Of a stretch of DNA of 64,000 nt, positions 56,670-64,000 are shown piece by piece. The stretch is from Vicinamibacteria bacterium (GTDB taxonomy: Bacteria; Acidobacteriota; Vicinamibacteria; Marinacidobacterales; Marinacidobacteraceae), in contig OY821641.1 in the NCBI GenBank assembly GCA_963555995.3, forward strand, positions 416,001 through 480,000, given 5' to 3'. Under the pieces are notes generated by a model. That model ran no database searches. It had not been told where the DNA came from and worked only from the letters and a program-made list of their open reading frames with translations. Each line of letters starts with the position of its first letter. The stretch's first letter is position 1. Position numbers and translations under genes: made by a program.

Positions 56670-58037
56670 TCAGGCCCTGGCCCGCCGCGCCCCCACCCCC
56701 AGGGCCAGCCCGGAACCCAGGATCAGGGCGAACGCCGCCGGAACCCCGGCCCGGGCCGGGCTGTCCGCCGGCGCCGCGGGCTCGAAGACGGGTACCTGGT
56801 CCCAGGCCACGGCGTCAATCGGCGCGGTGGCGAAGAAGTGCGGGAAGAAGTGGTCCTTGAGACGTTCGTGGAATCGGCGCACCGCTTCCTGGTAGTCGAG
56901 TTGGGCCGCAAGGTCGGTCCCGGCGAGGCGATCCAGCGCGAGCTGGGTGGCGAGGGGGGGCGCAAACAGGGACCACCGGCGAGCCCACGCATCCCGCTGG
57001 CGCAACACCTCGCGGTAGGCCCGGGAGGCATCGCGGGCGGTCTGGTCTCCCCGGTGGTTCATGGCGTAGTACCAGCCCCAGGTGAACACGTCTTCGGGAA
57101 CGTCCTGGCCGCTCCACTCGGGGTAGTCCCGGTAGAACGACTCCATCGTCGCGCTGGGAGGCAGATCCCAGGCCTCGTGGTACCCCTGGCGCTGCTGCAC
57201 CGTCAGCTCCAGCGCTTCCGGAACGGGGTGGAGCACCGCGTTGGCGAGGCTCAGCGCCGCCGGGGCCAGGATCGTCAGGACGACCCAGATCCCCGCGAGG
57301 ATCATGGCGTTCGCGGTCGACGACCGGTGTCCCAGCGCGACCCCGAGGCAGAGGGCGAACCAGAACGCCGTGTGCAGCGCGACGAGCGCGAACATCCAGC
57401 CCGCCCGGCCATCGAACCCGACGCCCGCCAGCAGCGCCCCGGCCGCCATCACCGCCGCCGCGACCGCGCCGACGAGAATCGCGCGAGAGGCGAGCTTCGC
57501 GGCCAGCAGCCTTCGCGGGGGTGCGAACAGGCGGACCAGGTTCCAGGTGCCGCCCTCCCGTTCGCCGGAGATCAGGTCGTAGGTGACCGCGATGATGAAG
57601 AGCGGCAGCAGCGCGATGAGGAGGAAGGCAAGGTCCAGATAGCCCGCCGCGGCAAGCCGCGGATTCACGGTCTCGTGCTCGTAGAGCTGCCCTTCGAGCG
57701 CCAGGAGACGGATCCGGAGGCTCTCGGTTTCCACCGCGGCCCGGCCCCGCGCCAGGGCGGAAACCGGGTGCGGGGGCTGCGGGGCGGGAAAGGCCACGTA
57801 GTAGAGCACCTCTCCCGCGTCGGTGGTCGGCGGATAGACGGAGAGCAGAAAGTCCAACTGGTCGTCGTAGGCGGTCTCGGCCGCCGTCAACGAAGACCGG
57901 GCGGCTTCCGCGTTCCGCCCGGCGCGCCACGCGCCGTAGATTCCCAGGACGAGCAGAAGAAGGATCGCGGCGGCGATCCCGGCCGACCGGGTCAACCGGC
58001 GCAGGTCCAGCGCCAGCAGTCGCGCCCAGGACCTCAC
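56670..58037 (-). CDS. ABC-2 type permease, DUF3526 family
   Basis: NP.....G.LD.AF, LLPL.II, EREGGT, HE.WD, W.WYYA, LAGTD; GTGA overlap with upstream permease. Confidence 0.85.
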   Translation of the reverse strand: MRSWARLLALDLRRLTRSAGIAAAILLLLVLGIYGAWRAGRNAEAARSSLTAAETAYDDQLDFLLSVYPPTTDAGEVLYYVAFPAPQPPHPVSALARGRAAVETESLRIRLLALEGQLYEHETVNPRLAAAGYLDLAFLLIALLPLFIIAVTYDLISGEREGGTWNLVRLFAPPRRLLAAKLASRAILVGAVAAAVMAAGALLAGVGFDGRAGWMFALVALHTAFWFALCLGVALGHRSSTANAMILAGIWVVLTILAPAALSLANAVLHPVPEALELTVQQRQGYHEAWDLPPSATMESFYRDYPEWSGQDVPEDVFTWGWYYAMNHRGDQTARDASRAYREVLRQRDAWARRWSLFAPPLATQLALDRLAGTDLAAQLDYQEAVRRFHERLKDHFFPHFFATAPIDAVAWDQVPVFEPAAPADSPARAGVPAAFALILGSGLALGVGARRARA

Positions 58038-59494
58038 GACGCCCGGTCCGTTCCGACCAGCGCCAGCCGTCTCCGCGCCAACCCGAGTCCGGTCAGCGGC
58101 AGGCCGATCCACAGCCCGAGCGCGGCCAGGGAGACGGGGCGATTAGCCAGCGCTCCACCGAGGGGCGGCGGCTCGGTCCCGAAGACGGGGAACTGCCCCC
58201 AGTGTTCGCGCGACAGCCGTTGCGCCCGGTCGTTCTCGTTCCGGATCTCGTGGATATGGAGTTCGTTGAGACGCTGGATGATCGTGTAGCGGTGCGCCTC
58301 GGCCTGAGCCAGGAACGCTTCCATCGCCTCCGGGCCGCTACCGGCGACGCCCATGGACAGGTCCCGCGCCGCCAGGTACGGGGAGAGGAATCCCGACCAC
58401 GCCATGACCCGGTTCTGGCGAAGATGACCCTCGACCAGCTCCTGCCGGTGGTCCTCGAAGACCCGACTGGTGAGTGATTCCGATTCCCGGCTGAGCACCC
58501 CCCTCCAGTTCACCGGGAGGTCCTCGACGGCGCCGACCTGGTAGCGCTCCAGGTACTCCTCCCGGAGCGCGTTGAAGAAGGGGTCGTCCGGGCGGTGGCT
58601 GTCTCCGACCTCGTTCAGCGCCTGCTCCACCTGGGCGGTGAGTTCGGCGCGCGAGGGTAGCGGATGGAGCGCCCCGGCGACGGAGGCCGCCACGCGGGGG
58701 GTGGCGACGCAGATCACCACCCACAGCGCGAGCAGTTGCGCCAGCGCGCTCCGCGAAGAGGTTCGGACGGCCGAGACCAGCACGGTCACGAGCACCCAGC
58801 CCGCGAGATAGACGGCGTAGATGGCGGCCAGGGTGCCCAGTCGCATGGCGGAAGCGGCGCTGTCCAGCCCCGGCCCGGCCGCGACGGCGACGGCCAGGGC
58901 GACCGGAAGGGTCGCCAGCGCCCCCACCGCTCCCGTGGCGAGGACCTTGCCCGCGAGGATCTGGGCGGGGGTCGCCCCCTGCGTCAGCAGAACGCCGAGG
59001 GTTCCCCCTTCCCGCTCGGCGCTCACCGCAGCGAAACCGGCCACCACCACCAGGAGCGGCAACAGCAGCGCGAGAACGCTCGCCGGCGTGAGGCGACCGA
59101 AGCGCGACATCCCGGTGGAATGACGCGCCTCGCCGAAGTTGGCGGTGTTCTGGCGATGGCCCTCCAGGAAGATCGAGGTTCCGGCGTAGTCGCTGACTCC
59201 GGGATCAACGAACTCGAACGGCGCCGCTTGGCGAAAGACGAGGAACCCGTAGTGGATGACCCGGTGCGGATGGCGTTCGGGCTGGTCCACCCACTGCTGA
59301 TCGACGATCCCCTGGTAGCGGGCGCGCTGCCCGGCCTCGTTCGTTTCGTGATGCCGGGCGCCCAGCACCGCGACCAGACCCAGGGCGACCACGAGCCCCA
59401 ACCCGAACACGACGGTGCCGTCCTGGCGAATCGCCCCCAACTGCTGCCGGGCGATGAGCAGGGTGTTGCGGAGGCCTGCCGGCGAGTTACGCAT
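58034..59494 (-). CDS. ABC-2 type permease, DUF3526 family
   Basis: QP.RHPHR..HYG, D.GV..Y.G..IFLEGHRQN, RFG.L.PA, EREGGTL. Confidence 0.88.
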   Translation of the reverse strand: MRNSPAGLRNTLLIARQQLGAIRQDGTVVFGLGLVVALGLVAVLGARHHETNEAGQRARYQGIVDQQWVDQPERHPHRVIHYGFLVFRQAAPFEFVDPGVSDYAGTSIFLEGHRQNTANFGEARHSTGMSRFGRLTPASVLALLLPLLVVVAGFAAVSAEREGGTLGVLLTQGATPAQILAGKVLATGAVGALATLPVALAVAVAAGPGLDSAASAMRLGTLAAIYAVYLAGWVLVTVLVSAVRTSSRSALAQLLALWVVICVATPRVAASVAGALHPLPSRAELTAQVEQALNEVGDSHRPDDPFFNALREEYLERYQVGAVEDLPVNWRGVLSRESESLTSRVFEDHRQELVEGHLRQNRVMAWSGFLSPYLAARDLSMGVAGSGPEAMEAFLAQAEAHRYTIIQRLNELHIHEIRNENDRAQRLSREHWGQFPVFGTEPPPLGGALANRPVSLAALGLWIGLPLTGLGLARRRLALVGTDRAS

Positions 59495-59773
59495 CAGTCT
59501 TCTCTTTCGGCCTGACGTGGGGGGAATGGTGGTGTTGGTGACCGCCCAACGCGCCCGGGCGGTGCGGGCCATGGCTCGTGCGGACGGAAGGATAAACGCG
59601 GTCGCATCGTTCCAACCGTCGGCGGTGGATCCGGCGTGAGCACCGGAGGCGGCACCGGGAGAAACGCCCGTGCGGGTGTCCTCCTGCGCACCCCACCGAT
59701 CACGAAAGTGGTCGTCCGGAGCGCCGGCCACGCTCCTGGCCGGCGCTGTCATCGCGACCGTCAGCGGCGAGCG

Positions 59774-62200
59774 CTAGTGGAACCGCACCGCGTAGCTCAG
59801 CCGGAACCCGCGACCCATCTCGGGGGCCCGGTCCTTGATGTACGACGTGTGGTTGCGATAGAGCTCGTTGGTGAGGTTGTAGCCCGAGAACGACAGGATG
59901 TGGGACAGGCTCTGCCGCGGCCAGACGTACGAGCCGCGCACGTTGACCACGGCATAGCTGTCGGTTTCCGTCTCGCCGCGGAACACGTCGGTCTGCCGTC
60001 CCGCAAACTCCACTTGCGGGCTCAGCGTGAACCCGCCGTAGGGGATGTCGAGTTTCACCGAGCCTCTGAGCGGCGGAATCCGCGGCAGCGCTTCATCGTT
60101 CGCTGTCAGCCGCGCGTCCACGTACCCGACGCCGAAGGTCAACCAGGTCCGTCCGACGAGACGGGCGCCGGCCTCGGCGTCGAATCCGGCGAAGCGGCTG
60201 TCGCCCTGCAGGATGTCGAACACCGGCAGGTTGTCGATGACCGCATCCCGGCGGCTGCCGAAGATGAAGTTGGCGATCTCGTACGTGAAGAAGTTCAGGT
60301 CGCCACGGGTGCGGACCCCCCGGTGCCGCAGACTCACGTCCAGTCCGAGGGTGGACTCGGCGTCGAGGTCCGGGTTGCCGATGTCGAATGAGAACGTGCC
60401 GGCGTGGGCGCCGAAGTTGTACAGCTCCTCGATGGCCGGGGCGCGGTGGGAGCGCGTCAGGTTGGCCACCAGCGCGTTGCCGGCGCCGAGATCCGCGTGG
60501 ACTCCGACCGACGTCGAGACACCCGCGAAGCTGCGGTCGCGCACGTCGGGCGCCTCGGGTCGAGGCGCCTCCTCCTCATGCCCGTGCTCCTCGTGTCCAT
60601 GCTCCTCGTGCCCGTGTTCTTCGTGCCCGTGCTCCTCTTCGTGCCCGGCTTCGCCGCCGCGCGCCGCCACGGCGTAGTCGTCGCGGTCGATCCGGGCGCC
60701 GAACTGCACGCGAAACCGCCCGAAGGTCAGTTCTTCGTAGGCGAAGGCCGCGAAGGAACTCAGATCGGTCCGCGGCGCCAGCGCCTCGGCTCCGGCCGCC
60801 TCGAAGTCCCGCACCTGCGCCCAGGCGCCGAATCTCCCCGACAGACGGTCCGTCTGCCGCTGGTCCACGTCGGCTCGGAGGATGTAGACCTGGTTGTCGT
60901 AGCGCGTGCCGACGCGCTCCTGTCCGGCTTCGGTCTCCAGCTCGTCATGTCCCCAGTCCACGACGCTCAGGCTGAGCCGTCCGCCCTCGATGACACCGTT
61001 GTCGAGGTCCCGGAGCCCGAAGTCGAAGCGCCCGGCGCGACGCTGCCAGTCGAGTTCGATATCGGTCGTGCCATGCATTTCCTCCTCGTGCTCGCCTTCG
61101 TGCTCGTCATGGTGTTCGTCTTCGTGTCCGCCATGCTCGTCTCCGTGGTCATCGTGGTGCACGTGGAACTCGCCGACGATCGGGACTCCATAGCGGCCGT
61201 CGTTCACCGTCACGCCGGCGCTGGTGAAGAACCGTTCGCCGGTCCAGCCGAGCCCGGCCTGCGCGTGGGTCGCCTCGGTCGCGGAATTCTCGACGACCCC
61301 CGCGGGCGTGTCGTAGTCCTCCGTCCGCCGCGTGCTGCCGGAGGCCCAGTAGTGGACTCCGTTCTGCTGTGCGTGCTGCACGCTGACGTTTCCGCCCGCC
61401 TGCGCGTTCGGGCTCCCCAGGTCGGCACTCAACTGCGCCCGCGTGCCTTCCGGCGGCGACGCCCGGTAGCTCTCCTGGGGCGTGATCACGTTGACGAGCC
61501 CGCCGACCGCGTTGGAGCCGTACAGCAATGTCGCCGGCCCGCGAACGATTTCGACGCGTTCCGCGCTGTTGGGGTCCACCGCGACGCCGTGGTCGCCGGA
61601 CTCGCTCGACAGGTCTCCGGTGCGGACGCCGTCCTCCAGGATCATGACCCGGTCGCCGTCGAAGCCGCGGATGATCGGCCGGTTCGCTCCGGGACCGAAG
61701 CCGCGCACGGCGATGCCGGGCTCGTTCCGCAGGGCGTCGGCGAGATTGGTGGCCGATTCCTTGGCGATATCGAACGAGTCCATGGTTGTGACCGCGTTGA
61801 ATGCCTCGAGCGCGGTCTCGGTTCCGTCCACCGAGGCGGTCACCGTCACGTCCTCGCGAACGGGTGAGAGGCTGAGTTCGAAGTCCACCGTCGCCGTCCC
61901 GCCCGGAAGGACGGTCACCGTCTGCCGTCCCGCGGTGAGGAGCTCGCGTTGCGCGAGGACATCGTAGGAGCCGGCCGGCACGCCGGCGATCGCGAACCTC
62001 CCCTGTCCGTCGGTCAGCGCGAACCTGCCCGTGCCCACGAAAAGGACGACCGCGCCGTGAACGGGGCCGTATTCCTGCAAGGTCACGGTGCCGCGGACCG
62101 CGCCGGTCTCCTGCGCCGCCACCGGCGCCGCCCCGAAGGCCGCCAGCAGACCGGCCGCCAGGAAGCGAGTCAGAAAAGAAGTGAATTTGGATCGGTACAT
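59774..62200 (-). CDS. His-rich TonB-dependent receptor (ZnuD-like metal uptake)
   Basis: signal peptide; FGPGA.RPIIRG.DGDRV, DH, RGPATLLYG..A.GG, RAP..EEL...GAH, LPRIPP, Y..H.S..K; two His/Glu-rich loops. Confidence 0.92.
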   Translation of the reverse strand: MYRSKFTSFLTRFLAAGLLAAFGAAPVAAQETGAVRGTVTLQEYGPVHGAVVLFVGTGRFALTDGQGRFAIAGVPAGSYDVLAQRELLTAGRQTVTVLPGGTATVDFELSLSPVREDVTVTASVDGTETALEAFNAVTTMDSFDIAKESATNLADALRNEPGIAVRGFGPGANRPIIRGFDGDRVMILEDGVRTGDLSSESGDHGVAVDPNSAERVEIVRGPATLLYGSNAVGGLVNVITPQESYRASPPEGTRAQLSADLGSPNAQAGGNVSVQHAQQNGVHYWASGSTRRTEDYDTPAGVVENSATEATHAQAGLGWTGERFFTSAGVTVNDGRYGVPIVGEFHVHHDDHGDEHGGHEDEHHDEHEGEHEEEMHGTTDIELDWQRRAGRFDFGLRDLDNGVIEGGRLSLSVVDWGHDELETEAGQERVGTRYDNQVYILRADVDQRQTDRLSGRFGAWAQVRDFEAAGAEALAPRTDLSSFAAFAYEELTFGRFRVQFGARIDRDDYAVAARGGEAGHEEEHGHEEHGHEEHGHEEHGHEEEAPRPEAPDVRDRSFAGVSTSVGVHADLGAGNALVANLTRSHRAPAIEELYNFGAHAGTFSFDIGNPDLDAESTLGLDVSLRHRGVRTRGDLNFFTYEIANFIFGSRRDAVIDNLPVFDILQGDSRFAGFDAEAGARLVGRTWLTFGVGYVDARLTANDEALPRIPPLRGSVKLDIPYGGFTLSPQVEFAGRQTDVFRGETETDSYAVVNVRGSYVWPRQSLSHILSFSGYNLTNELYRNHTSYIKDRAPEMGRGFRLSYAVRFH

Positions 62201-62404
62201 GGTGGTCCTCCCGATTGCCTGCCCTCGGCAAGAGCGTTCCGGCAGTAGCCGTGCGTACCGCGGCGAACCTCGTTCTGAGGGCGTCCCGAACGGGGTCGGG
62301 AAACGCGGTGGCCGCGGGGGGACGCGCCCGGTCAGAGGACCGCCGGCGCGTGCCGGCCCGACGCCCGCCGCCTGGCGGCGGACGAGCACGGCGTTTTCTC
62401 GGAA

Positions 62405-62707
62405 CTACGCGGGAGGGGCGCGGGCGGGCTGGCGAAGGTAGAGCCGGGACGGGACCCGGACGACCTCGCGCGCCTGCTCAAACGGAGCCGCGGCATCGGC
62501 GAATCCGATGTGCAGCGAGCCGGAGAGTTCGGCGGCAGGCTGGTGTGGGGTCTGGCAGACCGCGCAGTGCTCACCGACGGTGTGCTCTTCCTCACAGAAG
62601 ACCTCCGCGGCGGCGGCGCCGGCCACCGCCAACACCAGGACAAGGGTCCATGCGCTCCAGCCAAGGCTGCGCCGAGCGAGCCTCGGGTGTGCATGTCCTC
62701 GTCGCAT
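62405..62707 (-). CDS. DUF2946/CruR/CutF-like upstream ORF with CxxC and C-terminal RAPP motif
   Basis: basic then hydrophobic signal-like N-terminus, CEEEH..EHCAVC, ends RQPARAPPA*; precedes the TonB receptor. Confidence 0.75.
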   Translation of the reverse strand: MRRGHAHPRLARRSLGWSAWTLVLVLAVAGAAAAEVFCEEEHTVGEHCAVCQTPHQPAAELSGSLHIGFADAAAPFEQAREVVRVPSRLYLRQPARAPPA

Positions 62708-62908
62708 AGCTGCCGAATCGAACAGGTCAGTATACGGGCGAGGAGTGTTTGCCGTAAGCCTCGTTTCGCCTCCGTCCCTGGATCATCGGTCTTCCACGTC
62801 CGGCCAGGACGCCACGCAGAACGCCTCGCAAAGGCGCAATTCAGCCGGGATGCATCTCCCCTCGAGCGCCGCGTGGGTCTTGCCACGGGCTGCTAACGTC
62901 CACCCAAC

Positions 62909-64000
62909 ATGCCGGACCGACTCTCCGCCTGTCTCACATTCCATCTGGTCTCCGGACTCCTGCTGACCCTCGCGGGAGCGGCCATCGCGCAGCCCGTCAC
63001 GACCGATCCGTCGCAGCTTGGCGGCCTGAAGTGGCGCACCATCGGTCCCGACGGGAACCGGCTGAGCGCGGCCACGGGTGAATGGGGCAACCCCGACGTC
63101 ATCTACTTCGGCGCGGCGTCCGGGGGGATCTGGAAGACCAGTGACCGCGGGGTCACCTGGGAGCCGGTCTTCGACGACCAGGAGGCGGCTTCCATCAGCG
63201 CGCTCGCCGTTTCCCCCTCGCATCCGGGCCAGGTCTGGGCCGGCACCGGCGAGACGTTCATCATCCGGCCGGCGCTCGCGATGGGGAACGGCATCTACCG
63301 TTCCACCGACGGCGGCCGGTCGTTCCACCACCGGGGCCTCGAGGCGACCGGGCGCATCGCCCGGATCCTGGTCCATCCCGAGGACCCGAACCTCGTCTTC
63401 GCCTGCGCGCTCGGCCACTCCTACGCGCCGCAGCCGGAGCGCGGCGTCTATCGCACGCGCGACGGCGGCGCGAACTGGGAGCTGGTCCTCCACGTGGACG
63501 AACACACCGGCTGCTCCGACCTCGCGATGGATCTCCGGCATCCCGAGCGGCTGCTCGCCGGGATGTGGCAACTCCGGATCGATACCGGCGGCCTGAAGAG
63601 CGGCGGGCCGGGCAGCGGGCTTTACCGCTCGCGTGACGGGGGGGACTCGTGGGAACGGATTTCGGGTGAGGAATCCGACGACGGCGGCGGCCGGGGACTC
63701 CCCGGCGGAGAGGCGCACCCCATCGGCAAGGTGGCGGTCGCGATCGCCCCGAGCGACCCGGATCGCTGGTACGCGCTGATCGAGGACGAGAGCCCCGGCT
63801 TCTACCGCTCGGACGACGGCGGGGACTCGTGGCGGCTGATGATGACCCACCACGATCTCGCCGAGCGCGCGCCCTACTACGTCCGGATCGCCGTGGACTC
63901 GGCGGACGCCGACCGCGTCTATTTCGCCTCGGTGCTGTTCAGCACCACCGTGGACGGGGGCCGCACCCTGATCGAGACCTCCTACCGCGCCGGTGGCGAC
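62909..64000 (+). CDS. BNR/VPS10-repeat (sortilin-like) secreted protein, runs off the window
   Basis: signal peptide, WRTIGP..NR, Y.GAASGGIWKTSD.G.TW, WAGTGE, repeated S/T.DGG..W Asp-boxes. Confidence 0.9.
   Translation, partial: MPDRLSACLTFHLVSGLLLTLAGAAIAQPVTTDPSQLGGLKWRTIGPDGNRLSAATGEWGNPDVIYFGAASGGIWKTSDRGVTWEPVFDDQEAASISALAVSPSHPGQVWAGTGETFIIRPALAMGNGIYRSTDGGRSFHHRGLEATGRIARILVHPEDPNLVFACALGHSYAPQPERGVYRTRDGGANWELVLHVDEHTGCSDLAMDLRHPERLLAGMWQLRIDTGGLKSGGPGSGLYRSRDGGDSWERISGEESDDGGGRGLPGGEAHPIGKVAVAIAPSDPDRWYALIEDESPGFYRSDDGGDSWRLMMTHHDLAERAPYYVRIAVDSADADRVYFASVLFSTTVDGGRTLIETSYRAGGD

Overview
This is a GC-rich (by eye ~70%) bacterial chromosomal segment. The Oar-type TonB receptor, VPS10/BNR protein, many secreted peptidases and dense toxin-antitoxin (TA) loci suggest Acidobacteriota or a similar diderm, possibly a marine symbiont (inference only). 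Core content: an Rrf2-sufBCDSU-sufT Fe-S operon; a SAM-riboswitch-led operon (unknown ORF, ACT-less aspartate kinase, asd, metY); several peptidases and amidohydrolases; and a His-rich TonB receptor with two DUF3526 permeases behind a CxxC/RAPP upstream ORF. Accessory content: seven type II TA pairs, two AAA-DUF4143 ATPases, an intact IS256-family element with a 9-bp target duplication splitting a membrane-protein gene, a dispersed REP/REPIN-like hairpin family, and probable remnants of Mrr and ARPP-1 genes. The most promising leads are (i) three tandem secreted GGT-fold enzymes with Ser in place of the Thr nucleophile and a remodelled glutamyl pocket, (ii) a probable gamma-glutamylation/P450/extradiol-cleavage pathway for aromatic amines split over two loci, (iii) the metal-sensing stalling uORF, and (iv) an atypical SAM-I-clan riboswitch. 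All family assignments come from motif recognition by eye; no database search was run.
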